Under the pieces are notes generated by a model. That model saw nothing but the letters and a program-made list of their open reading frames with translations. It had not been told where the DNA came from and ran no database searches. Below, in pieces: positions 1 through 14,232 of a stretch of 64,000 nt of DNA (positions within the stretch are counted from its first letter, which is position 1; the number at the start of each line of letters is the position of its first letter). Both the position numbers and the translations under genes were made by a program. The stretch comes from the human T2T-CHM13v2.0 reference genome, Homo sapiens, in the NCBI RefSeq assembly GCF_009914755.1, contig NC_060928.1, one strand, 5' to 3'.

Positions 1-519
1 TTTTTTGCTATTTTAGGTTCTACTTTTAATTCCTTCTACATAAAAGTTTCACACCTTTTAACTCAGCACATTCTCAACTTCTCCCATGTTAGTATCTAAC
101 ATGGGTCAGTCCTTGCTTGACATGTTTCTCTCTATTCTGGATTTATATGCCTATTCAATTTCTCTGACTTTCAGCATTTTGGTTTTTAGCCAATGTCACC
201 TAGTCTTAAACTTAGTTAATTACCAATTGTCCCATTGTTCTATTGGCCGTTGGGCAGATCTGTCATTAATCTATATAACCATTTGGAAACATATTCTCTT
301 AAATGTTTTTGAAGATAATTATATTTTCAGCTTGACTCTATGGAGAGATGATACAAGCACACACACGTGCACACATGACTCCTAATTTTCTTATCTTTAT
401 TAATGTTATTTCCAACCAGCACTTCTAAATCTTGATGTAACTTCCAACACTTCTTTATTTGTTTTTCCCTTCAATTTGAGCCACCACAATTCCTTTTATT
501 CTCATTTCTATCCCTACTC

Positions 520-1040
520 AGGATTTTATGAACTGACTACTGGATTTGCTCAATGGGCTCCTGCTGTTTCAACATTTGAAGACCTGCCTTTATAATCAAT
601 CAAAACCATCCACATCAGAATCACTTTTAGAAATACAACCTTGATCATGTCTCTCACTTTTTAAAACCCTTCAGTTTGTGACCCTGCTTATGATCCAAGG
701 CCCAACCTTCTTTTTTAGACACTGATAGTTTTCTAAAGTCTAGCCTGAATGACCCTTTCTATTCTTATTTTTCATGTATTTGAAGAGACATCTTACTCCC
801 CTCAAAACAGATAACTCATGGTTTTCTTGGTACTTCTTCACATTCTTATTATTGTGCATCTGTTTATATTTTCCCCTAGAATTCATTTTCACTTCTCTCT
901 ATTAAGAACTCTTTTTTTTTTCCAGTGGTCATTTATATCCAATTTTCAACAAGAAGTTCTGCTTAATCACTCTATGGAGTGCTCATTCATGTGAAAGAGG
1001 AAGTTATAAAGCAATAAATAAAGTCACAGTTAAATGAATG
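520..1040 (+). mobile_element. L2 LINE 3' remnant (highly diverged)
   Basis: L2-like phrases 'ttgatcatgtctctcactttttaaaacccttcagt' and terminal 'ttaaatgaatg'; boundaries approximate. Confidence 0.5.
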
Positions 1041-2149
1041 CCATATTTGGGGATTTGATACAGGAAAACTAGAATGCCGTGAACTAAGTTATCCCTGCTA
1101 CATGGGTCTTTCCTCAACTAGATTATAATTCCTAAAGGTCACAGATCATATATGTCCTTTTTCCGCTTCTTCATTTCTATTATTTCTTATAAATCTTTCA
1201 AATAAAATTTGCTCAGTGTATTGTATTACTACTTGATCACCTAAGTATGAAGGCATATTCTATAAATGCAAGGCTCTGGGCAGAAATTTTTTGAATTTGT
1301 CCTGACTCAAGAAAGCCTTAGAAAGATACATAAAAATTTCCCATTTTCTAGTTTTATGGCATAATTAACTAATTGTACAAATGGTTATTGAAAGATTTAG
1401 AGCGTTAGGTACTCTGTGAAGTTCTGAAAAAATGGCAGTGGAGAGAAAAAGTTCCTGCTCTCAGTAGATATGTACTTTCCTTAACATCTGCTAATTTTAC
1501 AATTACATTTGTTGATTAACATGTGTCTTTACTCTCTACAATTCTCCATCTTGTATTCTGTACATTTACATAATTTGTATATCCCCAGTACAAATACTAT
1601 CTCCCTTTTCCCTCCCCACTGGAGAGGCACCACTAATCACAGATTTTCATGCAGTAGACAGTATCAATAAATACTGTGTTTGTGAGCATCAGGCATGAAA
1701 TACATACATACAAATATCATCATAGATATAACTATTTATAAGTTAATCTGGTGTCCAGATAGCTGCTGTCCTCTATATAAACAAACTATTTTACTCGGAA
1801 GGAATATTTTTTTCTCTATTAGATTCATTTAAAGAAAGAAAGTCTTGTTCAAAGTTTTCAAGTTCTCAGAGTTCCTGTTGATCAAACACTTCCTGAGCTC
1901 AAGAAGCATCTTTAGAAAGACTTGTCATTTAAATTGTAGAGGTATATTTCCAGAAACAGTTTGTGTTTTCTAAAATCAGTTTAACTCGTGTTAATAGTTT
2001 TTGCACAAATGCTGAAATGGTAAAAAAATAAAAAAATTGTCATGTATTTCTATTAGTCTATCAATTGTCTCTTTCATATTAATTACCTTTGAAAAATACA
2101 ACAGAATATACTCATCCCATGTGTGAGTAAATCTCAGTATGTCAGGATA

Positions 2150-3033
2150 AGTAATTCTCAATATTAATATCAACTTGCTGTGAGGAAGAAAATAATGTTT
2201 AGGTAATTTTGACCTTGACATCATTCCTGACTGCATTCTTTCTCTCACACTCTAACCAATTCATTAGCAAATCCTTTCAGCATTACCTTTCAAATAGATG
2301 CAGAATCCAAACATTCTCACAATCTCCACTGCTCCAAATCCAATTAGAGCCACAATACTTCCTAACCTTGTCTTAAAAAGGCAGTCTAACATGTCTCCTG
2401 CTTCTATGTTTGCAGGTTTTCTTCTTTCCATAAACCACAATGATTCTTTAAAAATATGAATCAATTATGTTATCCCACTGTTTCAAGCCCTGCATGGCTT
2501 CCCACAGCATGCAGAATAAAATCCCAAATTTTATGAAGGCTTTTAGGCTATTCTCAGTCCCTTTCTGCCCTCTGATATCATCTATGATTACTCCTCCTCT
2601 TTCTTCAACCATGCTGGTCTCATTATAGATCCAAGGCTCCAAGCGTGCCTTGGCCTGCCTTAAAGCATTTACATATGTTCTTTCCATGAACTAAAACACT
2701 CTTCTCCCAGAAAGTCATGTAGTTGGTTCCTTTGTTTCCTTCTGTTTGTATTTAGATGGGACATTTTCAGAACACCTATTCCTGGATCAAATTATCTACA
2801 CTGTCTATACTTTCTTCCACATTTTTTTCACCATTTATTCAAGTATCATCACTTGCCTTATATTTTCTTATTTAGATTGGTGATTATTTATTTACTGTTC
2901 TTTTTTCCTGCTGCTGCCTACCATAGGTCCTCTGTGAAGAAAGAAATATTGTTTTGCCCATATTTATGTAGTCAAAGTCTATAGAAAAATGTTTGGAAAA
3001 GGCTTATGATTCATGAATATTCCTTGAATGATT
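2150..3033 (+). mobile_element. L2 (L2a-like) 3' fragment
   Basis: 'cattagcaaatcctttcagcattacctttcaaatagatgcagaatccaa', 'atcccactgtttcaagccctgcatggcttccca', ends 'gaatattccttgaatga' like the L2 3' tail. Confidence 0.75.
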
Positions 3034-3233
3034 AAAGGTTCTTGTTATTGAACAGTCTGAGAATCTTCACTTTATATTAAATGGGTTCTAATTTGAATGC
3101 TTTCTGTGTAATTTCAACTAAAAGTAGAATGTTTACATGAAATATTTGAATTAAATAGATATTTTTACATTCCACATATCAACCACTGTGAATAAATGTT
3201 TTCAAGTTTCTATGAATGAACAAAAATGAAATA

Positions 3234-4316
<1,083 letters not shown>

Positions 4317-7029
4317 GAAATATGTGAAATATGTATAACTACAGCCTAATGTGCAATGAAATCAATCAATTTGTAGATTTCTTGGGCTATGTCATGAAAT
4401 AGAAGATAACATTATCTAAAAAAGATTACTGAGTTTAAAGGGAAATTTTTTTTGGTCAAGCCTAGATGTTTTTCATACTTTATAAAGGAAAAGTAATTTA
4501 TTAAAACAGATTTCTATGTTTGTATTATTTTATATTCCTTATATTTTCAGTTCTGTAGCTTAAGCACTTGAATATAAACAGCTTTACACTGTCATGTAAT
4601 GTAAAATGCTTTGCATTGTTGTGATTATCTACAGTTAAAGACAATGAAGTCATCTAATACTCTCATTATGATCATCTGTATCTTAAAGATGGGTCACTAT
4701 ATTTCAAAACTTTAGGTTGGCAAAATTTAGAAAGAAAATAGGTAAAATATATTTCTGTATTGCAAAAATGTGCTTGCATGTGTGTTTGTGGAGAGATCCA
4801 GTGAGAGTGAGCAAGAGAGATTTGTTTTACTACTCATACAAAAGCAAAGTTACAACATACACGGTATGTTAGGAAGAGTTTTACTGTTATCTTATTATAA
4901 TCCAGTTGAGCTCTATAAAAATTCTCAGAATGTATAACATAAAAACCAATATTATTTGTGATTTCTACTGCTTCAACATTTACTGTCAAGATCTTTATGA
5001 CAGAAGATCTATTTTCTATACTTGACTGTTTCAATAATCTTTCTCCCTTTTTCAATGTTGTGTTCTTTTCTGAGAAGAACTTACTATTTCATCTTGTGAT
5101 ATGTTGAGGCTTGCTAGAAATCAAGTCCAATTCACTAGGAATAGACATATAAAACATCATATTTCCCAGCCAAGTATATAGACACATCTCGTAAAGAGAA
5201 ATATTACAATGTCTTTCTTTGATATAAAATATTGTAAAGATTTTCTCTTTCAATGTTTACTTTAAATAGAATGGTGAAATTTAAATATAGTATGTGCATA
5301 GTAAATATGTCAAATGAGGAAGTGGAAATATACTATTTCTCATAGTATTTCAATTTCTTAAATTTTAAGAATGGTTACTATATTAATATTGAACCGTGTA
5401 AAATCATTGTATCTGCATAATTTCTGATACTAATTATTAATTTATTAAGAACACATGCTTGTGAGTGATGTCACTTTTCCTAGAATTTGACTTTTATAAA
5501 CAAAATAAAATGGAGATTGAGGGTTTTTTTCTGTATTGCTGGGAATTATGGGAAAATAATTTAAAGGTAATGTCTACATTTTTATGACATATAAAGAATA
5601 AAACAACTACTACAGTCATACAATTTTCTTGACAATTGTATCCATTAATCATTTAAGATAAATGTAACATTCCCTTTATATTATTATGTTTAGTAATTGT
5701 TTAAGAAACTTGCTTATATGCTAAAATAAATGTTCTCGAATAATGCCAAAAATTATAACACTTTGAGATAATTACAGAAGGAAATAAAAATACCTTGTAT
5801 TATTTTAATTTTAAAGATTTCTAATGTGCATAATAATATTCTGTATCAAAATACCAGCCCCAATACAATGGTAGGTATATTTTCAATTGGAAATTATAAA
5901 ACCCCAATTTTTTTCTTGATATATCTATTTAGAGTAATGATGTTTTATTGGACCATAAAGGTCAATGGAATTTGTTAAAATGATTAGGCAAGTGATACAA
6001 TGAGCAAGAGAATAGCAGAAGAAATATCACAAAAAATAATAAAAGAAACTTCATCATATCTAATCAAATTTAGTATACAGATATACAAATATGTAATGCT
6101 ACCATTAATAGAAATGATTGTAAGATAAATTAGGCAAATTTATTATGTCACCAGACTTTGTGAAATTGATAATATCTTTCCTAATACATAGATTTATTGG
6201 TTAGTTTGAATATGGTTAATATTTCTCAAGTACCTATCCATTTCTGAGCAGACGCACATTTAACAATGCTTAGGTAGGTGAAGCAGAATATGGAATCACA
6301 TGTGCAAAAACCTAGTGTTTTTAGATAAAAACAATATTATTAATAATATAGTTATTATTTCTACTAGTAAAAACATTATTTGCATTGAATGAGTTCTATT
6401 TTTTCTAACTAAATTCTTAAAGTATAGATTACCATTCCAGACAACTATGGTATATTTTCTTACAAAATAGAACTGGCAAAATTACTAAAGGTTTGACACA
6501 CCATATTGTTCATGGCCAACAAAGTTATGACTGACAGACTGCCTAGGACTCCAGGGACAAATCTTTGGAAGAGGAGTAGTGTCCAAAGGCAGAGTTCAAG
6601 GAAAAGGTCTGGAACAGAGCAAGACTAATACCTCAGAGGGTAACAAAAGTTGCCAAGGCCAAATTAAAATCAATCTATCAGTTTATAGGCAACTCATGTG
6701 GCAAATACAAGGCCAGAGCTCTATGACTTTTTTTCCACACAACCAATGAAAAACATTTTTATAAATTCTACAGACAGGAGTACGATACTTTGTGATGGTA
6801 CCTGACAAGCTGTCAACCTATCTTAGGTGTTTGAGATGCTCTATCTCTTCCTATCCCAGGAAGACATTCCTTTTGTAGAATTACATTTTGTGAGATTGTT
6901 TCAGTGCTCCTTGGAGATTTATGTTTTACAGTCATCTTTAAAAATGCTAATACTATATGCTGCCATCTATGTTGTGTCACACAGTTAGGATTGTATGAAA
7001 GATATCATTGGCTTTAACAAAAGACTGCT

Positions 7030-7195
7030 TTGGATCACATTTCTGCCAGTTACTAATTGAATGACCTTGAGCTGTTTAGTGTATACCTTTGAACTTCAAT
7101 TTTACTATCTGTAAAGTGATGATGATAATAAATGGCTCACAATATTGCTATGAAGATTAACTGAAGAAATGATAAAACATTTAAAGCAAGCACAG
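7030..7195 (+). mobile_element. MIR SINE
   Basis: MIR core 'tgaccttgagc...cttcaattttactatctgtaaagtgatgatgataata...gaagattaactgaag'. Confidence 0.7.
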
Positions 7196-7438
7196 CAAAG
7201 ATATGGTGGCTATAGTTTATGTATATATATATTTCTTTGATAGCTTAGTTCAGAGCCTAATATACAACCACCACAGTTCATGTTGTTGGTGAAAATAAAA
7301 ATTATAAAGCTGGGATGGTATATAGCTTTCATCTCAGTCGTTAATGTCAATATATTCTTAATGGTTGCATAGTGAACTGTGTCAATAAAAGTTTTGGAGT
7401 TCAGAAAAGAAGACTCATGAAGAATTTCTTATTATATA

Positions 7439-8495
7439 CATGCATACACTACATAATTACATTTCATTCAACAATGGACCACATACATGATGGTAGTCCC
7501 ATTGGACTATAATAGGGCTGAAAAAATTCTATCAGCTAGTATCTTCATAGTGGTTGTAATGTCATAGTACACAAATTTTTTTCACTTGTTTGATGTGATG
7601 CTAGTATAAACAAACCTATTCATTGCCAGTCTTGCAAAAATATTTAAAAAGCTAACTATAAAACAGTTTCAGGAGGCATTCTGGAAGAAACTATTGTTAT
7701 TATAAGAGCTGACATAGCTCCATTGGTGTTATTGCCCCTGAAGACCTTCCAGTGGGTGAAAACATGGAATTTGAAAGAATAATATTGATGATCCTGATCC
7801 ACTGAAGGCTTAAGCTAATATGTGTGTTTGTGTCTTAATTTTCAGCAAAAAAATTTCAAAACCTTTAAGAAAATGAAAAATAGAATATGAGCTTACACAA
7901 TAAGAATATTAAAATATTTTTGTAAATTTGTATAATGTGTTTCTGTTTGAAGTGTTATTACAGAATAGTCAAAGTAAAATAATTTAAGTCTGTAAAGTAA
8001 AAAAGTTATAGTTGGTGAAGGTTAATTTATTATTGAATAAAAATGTTTTTTAAAAAAATGTAGTGCAGCCTAAGTGTAGAGTGTTCATAAAGTCTACAAT
8101 AGTGTACAATAATGTCTTAGGCCTGCACATTCACTCACCACTAACTCGCTGACTTACCCAGAGCAACTTTCAGTCCTGCAAGCTCCAGTCACAGTAAGTG
8201 CCCCTTTCAAGCATACCATTTTTGTCTTTTATGCTTTATTTTTAGTGTACCTTTTGTATGTTTAGATATACAAATACTTACCTTTGTATTATAATTGCCT
8301 ACAGTATTCAGTAGAGTAACATGCTATATAGGTTTGTAGCTTAGGAGCAAAAGGCTGTACCATATAGCCTAGATATGTAGTAGGCTACACCACCTAGGTT
8401 TGTATAACTACACCCTATGATGTTCCCACCATCATGAAATTGTCTAAGGACACATTTCTCAGAACACATTCTCATTGTTAAACAACACATGTCTG
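7439..8495. mobile_element. Tigger3b-like (TcMar-Tigger) DNA transposon
   Basis: TA-flanked; termini 'catgcatacactacataattacatttc…ggaccacatac' and 'catttctcagaacacattctcattgttaaacaacacatgtctg' resemble Tigger3 ends. Confidence 0.8.
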
Positions 8496-8823
8496 TAATT
8501 GTTCAAAAAGATGATGACACAACTATATATGTTGACACAGAGGTAGAGAATTTAATTAAATAGAAAGTTATTTTTCTTCAATCTAAATGATCTTAATTTG
8601 TATTATTTATAATAGGTAACTATGTAAGTGGAAAATTAGCTAAGTCTTGAGGAATCATATGGGCACACAAAGACAATGTAATCCAAATATCTCAGCCGTC
8701 AACACTGTCAATATTATCACCAACAAATCAATCATATAGGTCTTTTTTGAAACTATAAAAGAAGTTTTTCCACTAGATATCTTTGTACCTTCTCTGGGAA
8801 ATAAGAAAAAGTATCCTTAGAAA

Positions 8824-9504
8824 TGTGGTTCTTGACTCAGTTCTGATCAACAGAAAAATGATGGGCTTTTAGAGCATTAAAGTTCTGAATGCACACTTAT
8901 GCATACAAATATAGCTTAGAAGCTACATAAGTTCTGGAAAACTTTGAAATTTTGAGTTGGTCAGGAGATAATTTTCAGGCCTTCTCTCTGTAACTGGTTA
9001 CAGAAATAAAAACTCTTTCTCCCCAGTTCATCTGCATCTCGTTATTGGGCAGTGAGAAATAGCAGCCTGACCCTCAGTTTGGTCCAGGAACAGTTTGATG
9101 CCAATATTAACTGAAATTATGATTATTTCAATGAAATTGTGTCTTTATTCTAATATTCATTAGAAGTGAGTTATGTAACATTATTACAGAATACTGTATT
9201 ATCATTTACTTTTTCCTTCTGAGACCTAAAGCACTAAAGTTGCATATTCATTCAGCCCTACATTTAAATTTTATTTTTTGAAATGTGTTACAGAGTTTAA
9301 TTTGAGATTACACAACATTTGTGATGCTACAACAATTAATATGGGCTTTTAGAAAACGAAAAATGATGGGTTTTTAGAACATTAAAGATGCATGATAGCT
9401 ACCCAGGATAACCTGATTCACAAAGTTGGAGTATAGCTCAGGATGTATATTTTTTCAAGACTCCCAGGCAAATTCTGAAACACAGGGTGGTTAGGAAACA
9501 TTGC
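8824..9504. mobile_element. MER5-type hAT element split by a 0.5-kb templated insertion
   Basis: Left end 'tgtggttctt', right part 'tttttcaagactcccaggcaaattctgaaacacagggtggttaggaaacattg' resembles MER5B. Confidence 0.5.
8886..9342 (+). repeat. Dispersed local duplicate of 11653-12108
   Basis: Direct alignment by eye over ~455 bp; flanked by 30-bp direct repeats 8853-8882 and 9358-9387. Confidence 0.95.
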
Positions 9505-9726
9505 CTTAAAGGCTTGGATAATATAAAGTTTTATTTATATAATTGATATATCAGAAAATATCTCATCATAATTGTTTTTTCTATTTCAAATTTGAGCAAC
9601 TTTTTACACTTTACTACTACCTTTAAAATGTGTTGTAACACATTATTTTCTAGATAATGTATGTATTTATTTATTATATTTTATTTTTTAAATTAATTTT
9701 ATGGCTGCCTTCAGCCTCGGCTAAAG

Positions 9727-10557
9727 TGATATTTTAAAATATATATTTGGTCTTTGATTCTGTTTCCTGGCATACAATCCCTAAAATCCTTAGAATATCC
9801 AAAATGATGTCTTTTTGTATGCTAATGAGCTTACTGATGCTTGGCAGCCTCTAGGTAACTTCAGGAAGGGCTTGTCACCTGAAAGACAAAGGCAGGAGTA
9901 CAGGGTTGGGACTTTGATACCCACTCTCCAACTTCTGGGGAGGGAAGTGAGGGCTGAAGGTTAAGTTGATTATTAATGGCCACTAGTTCAATCAATCACA
10001 CCTAGTAACGAAGCACCCATAAAATCCCCAAAGGACAGGTTTTGGAGAGCTTCAGGATAGGTGAACACATGAAGGTTTCTGGAGAGTAGAAAATGCCTAT
10101 GGAGGGCATAGAAGATGCACACCTTTTCCCACAGTCTTGCTTTACGCAACTCTTTCATCTGCATCCTTTGTAATAGTCTGGATCATAAGCCGGTAAATGA
10201 AAGTAAATGTTTTCCTGAGTTGTGCAAGTCCCTCTCACAAATTAATGGAACCCAAGAAGAGGGTCATGAGAACCTGAATTTATACGCAGTCAGTCAGAAG
10301 CTTAGGAAAAACAACCTGAGGATTGGGATCGGTTATAGAAGAGGAGGCAGTCTTGTGGGACTGAGCTCCCAACCTATGGGATCTGCCACTGTCTTCTGAT
10401 CAATACTATCACAATTAAACTCCATTAGTGTCCGCTGTATAACTGACTGCTTGCTTGGTGTGTGGGGAAAATCCCCCACACATTTGTTAACAAAAGATGT
10501 CTGTGTTGATTGTTGTGGTAGAAAAGCAGGGGAAAAACACAGTGTTTTTGCCACTCA
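9727..10557 (+). mobile_element. MER21 (MER21B-like) solo LTR
   Basis: Start 'gtgatattttaaaatatatatttggtcttt…cctggcatacaatccctaaaatccttag', 'gtctttttgtatgctaatgag', 'cttgtgggactgagc'. Confidence 0.8.
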
Positions 10558-10694
10558 GAGCTATTCTGTCTTTCTCTCTTCCGTTTAATCGATGATATAT
10601 ACAAAATGTTGGCCCTGTTAATAACGAATTTTAAACTGAGTAATCTCAATGTTAATACATTTTAATGTATATAGTGACAATAAATAATTTGAAA

Positions 10695-11261
10695 TGTAAG
10701 TTGTTGAAATTTTAAATTACTTTGAGCCTTAAAGGATTGTGATTATGGAGCCTGAGTCGTATGACAGGTAGCTAGCTGTAACCTAGGCAGCTATAACCTT
10801 TGTCTTCCTGATTATAGATTAGTCTTCTTCCTTCCTTACATTGTTTTGTAAAATGTTGTAAATGGCTAAAGGGCACCATAGAAGATCCCTTCCTTCTTCA
10901 TTGTTCACCTTCATGGTAGATTAACTGCCCTCCTACTTTTCTCAAAGACTTCATGGCTGTCACATTGTCTTATAATGGAATATTAAGTACATTCTTCTAA
11001 CTTGGAAAGGAAATAAAAACTAGATATAAAGAAAAGAAAACAAGCCAAACTCATTATATTTTTGTAACTCATAAACCAGCCATGTACACACAATGTTGTA
11101 AGCCTATTAAATTTCATTGTTTTCTGCCTATATAAGCAAGAACTTAGGAGCACTGGCTCCATTTCTCTGGAGTCTTTTCTCCAAATGCCTAATTCCAGCT
11201 TTTTGTTTGACCACATTTTAAAAAACTGAATTCTGATCCTTTTGAATATTTTAGGTTGACA
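10695..11261 (+). mobile_element. ERV1-class solo LTR (MER34-group-like)
   Basis: TG…CA termini (tgtaag…tttaggttgaca), TATA-like 'cctatataag'; family uncertain. Confidence 0.65.
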
Positions 11262-11295
11262 CTATGATTCAATTGTCGTATTTTTTATCTTGTTT

Positions 11296-11861
11296 TGTGG
11301 CAGGCCAGGTCTCACTAAGGCAGCCCTCCATAACAAATGTTTCAGCACTGACTGAATGGTCAATTAAATATTAAAAGCCAGTGCCCTTATACAAAGGCTA
11401 GAATGTATCAAGAGCCCACCAAGAGTTTTGCCTAGGCCTTTCCTGAACCTTAAAGCATGATTAAACAAGCTTACTGGGAGTCTGCAGGAACTCCCCAAAC
11501 CTTTGTGAATTAGCAGGAGACAAGACAAGAGTAATCACCCCAGTGCCTGGACCCATTTAGATTAAGTATACGTATTGAAGCTCCAGAAGAAGGTCTTCAG
11601 GACTCAGACCTTAGCTATAGGTTAAAAGAAGTTAATCACTTATGTCTTTAGATGAATGAACACTTATGCATAGAAATATAGCTTAGAAGCTACATAAGCT
11701 CTGGAAAACTTCATAATTTTGAGTTGGTCAGGAGATAATTTTCAGGCCTTCTCTCTGTAACTGGTTACAGAAATAAAAACTCTCTTTCTCCCCAGTTGAT
11801 CTGCATCTCGTTATTGGGCAGTGAGAAATAGCAGCCCGACCCTCAGTTTGGTCCAGGAAGA
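11296..11861 (+). mobile_element. ERV1-class solo LTR (family not assigned)
   Basis: Starts tgtggcaggcc, has an aataaa near the end, 4-bp TSD gttt at 11292-11295 and 11862-11865. Confidence 0.8.
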
Positions 11862-12989
11862 GTTTGATGCCAATATTAACTGAAATTATAATCATTTTAA
11901 TGAGACTGTGTCTTTATTCCAATATTCATTAGAAGTGAGTTATGTTACATTATTATAGAATACTGTATTATCATTTACTTTTTCCTTCTGAGACCAAAAG
12001 CACTAAAGTTGCATATTCATTCAGCTCTACATTTAAATTTTATTTTTTGAAATGTGTTACATAGTTTAGTTTGAGATTACACATTTTTGATGCTACAACA
12101 ATAAATATTTTGTGCCATTTTAATATTTTAATGCATTCTTCTTGATGTTTTTCTGAATACAGTGAAAATACAATTTTAACAAATATAAGATTAGTATTTT
12201 GCAATGTTCCTTCAGTGTTTAATTATCTTCACTTAATTATGGAATTATACTTCCTTATTTTTAAAGATATACACACATATATAATTATAATGACATGTAC
12301 ACATACAAAATTATGATGACATGTACATAAGTGTGTGTATATATATTTATATGTATATATTTATAAGTATTCATACAGACTTATAAGTAATTTGGATGAT
12401 AAGATTATTTGTCCATATTAATTCAATAAGCCACACACACACTGTAGAATAAAGTCATCCTTAAATACCTGATTGATTAACTGAGTTAATTAGTAATTTA
12501 ATCCTTATTATAAAAATTTAAAAATCATATGTAAAATATGTAAAAACAAATATATAATCATGTTTATAAATTATAACTTAAAAATTAATAAGAAAACATT
12601 TTAATAAGGCTGACTTCCTTGTTATTGATTGTACTCATACTTCCGTCAACCACCTATCTTTCTGGCCTCTTGCACTCTGACCATCTTCAGGTACTTGTAT
12701 CATTCTGAATTCCTCACACTCTTACCCTCCAATCTTTGTTCATGATCACGATGTTTTCTCTGGAACATTTACTCAAGCCTCGTATGTTTGCCTATAATTT
12801 TTCCTGATTCAGCTGTGATATAATGTCCTCTCAGATGCTGTCTTTATATTTCTGGGCCAGCTTTAGTGATGCTTCTAAGTGTTTGCAAAATAATTTGTGC
12901 ATAATTCTGTCATACAACATGTCTTCCTTGACCACAAAAGTCTAATTGTTTGTCTGTAGTTTCCACTAGAAGGTAAGTTACCAATTTAC

Positions 12990-13353
12990 TGTATTAGTCT
13001 GTTCTCCTGCTGCTAATAAAGTCATACCTGAGACTGGACAATTTATAAAGAAAAGAAATTTAATTGACTCAGAGTTCCATATGGCTGGGGAGGCCTCACA
13101 ATCATGGCTGAAGGTGAATGAGGAGTGAAGTCACATCTTACAGGGCAGCAGGCAAGAGAGCTTGTGTAGGGGAACTCCCCTTTATAAAACCATCAGATAT
13201 TGTGAGGCTTAATCACTATCAAGAGAACAGCATGGGAAAGAACCACTCCCATGATTTAGTTACCTCCCACTGGGTCCCTCTCACCACATGTGGGAATTAT
13301 TGGAGCTACAATTGAAGATGAGATTTGGGTGGGGACACAGCCAAACCATATCA
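12990..13353 (-). mobile_element. THE1 (THE1B/C-like) MaLR LTR
   Basis: Ends 'gagatttgggtggggacacagccaaaccatatca', the reverse complement of the THE1 start. Confidence 0.9.
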
Positions 13354-14232
13354 CAACTCCATTAAAAAGTGGACAAAGGATATAAACACACAATTTTTCA
13401 AAAGAAGATATATATGTGGACAAGAAGTATATGAAAAAAATCTCAATATGACTATTAGAGAAATGCAAATCAAAACCACTTATCACACCAATGAGAATGG
13501 CTATTATTAAAAAGTCAAAAAAAGCAGATGCTGATAAGGTTGCAGATAAAAGGGAACAGGTGTACACTGTTGGTGGGAATGTAAATTAGTTCAACCACTG
13601 TGGAAAGCAGTATGGCAATTTCTCAAAGAGCTAAAAGCAGAACTACCATTCAACACAGCAATCCCATTAGTGAGTATATACCCAGAGAAATATATATATA
13701 TATATCACTCTACCATAAAGACAGAAAGGTATATCATTCTACCATAAAGACACATGCATGCGAATGTTCATTGTAGCACTATTCACAATAGCAAAGGCAT
13801 AGAATCAACCTAAATGTCCATCAGAGGCACACTGGATTATGAAAATGTGGTACATATGCACAATGGAATACTATGCAGCCATAAAAAAGAATGAAATCAT
13901 GTCTTTTGTGAGAATATGGGTGGAGTTGCAGGCTATTATCCTTAGCAAACTAACACAGGAACAGAAAACTAAATACTGTGTATTCTCACTTATAAGTGGG
14001 AGCTACATGATAAAAATTTATAAATCCAAAGAAGGAAACAACAGACACTGCAGTCTAATTGAATGTAGAGGGTTGGAGAAGGGAGAGGAGCAGAAAAGAT
14101 AACTATTGTGTGCTGGGCATAATACTTGGGTGACGAAGTAATCTGCACAACAAACCCCCATGCCACGAGTTTATCTATGTAACAAACTCTCTTATATACC
14201 CTTGAACTTAAAATAAAAGTTTATATTTAAAA
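13354..14232 (+). mobile_element. L1PA15/16-like 3' end
   Basis: ORF2 C-terminal remnants (ORFs 13325, 13839) and 3'UTR 'gagcagaaaagataactatt…acaaacccccatg…aaataaaagtt'. Confidence 0.85.

Noticed and set aside
6958-6976. CTCF-like 'tgctgccatctatgtt' and a similar site near 58010
   Set aside because: Only half of the motif matches; expected by chance in 64 kb.
8853-9387. 30-bp direct repeats as CRISPR-like repeats
   Set aside because: Only two copies about 500 bp apart in primate DNA; better explained as a target-site duplication.
13701-13752. 23-bp duplication in L1, and similar 11-27 bp repeats near 12285, 32255, 33121 and 48032
   Set aside because: Common slippage-scale duplications, individually uninformative.
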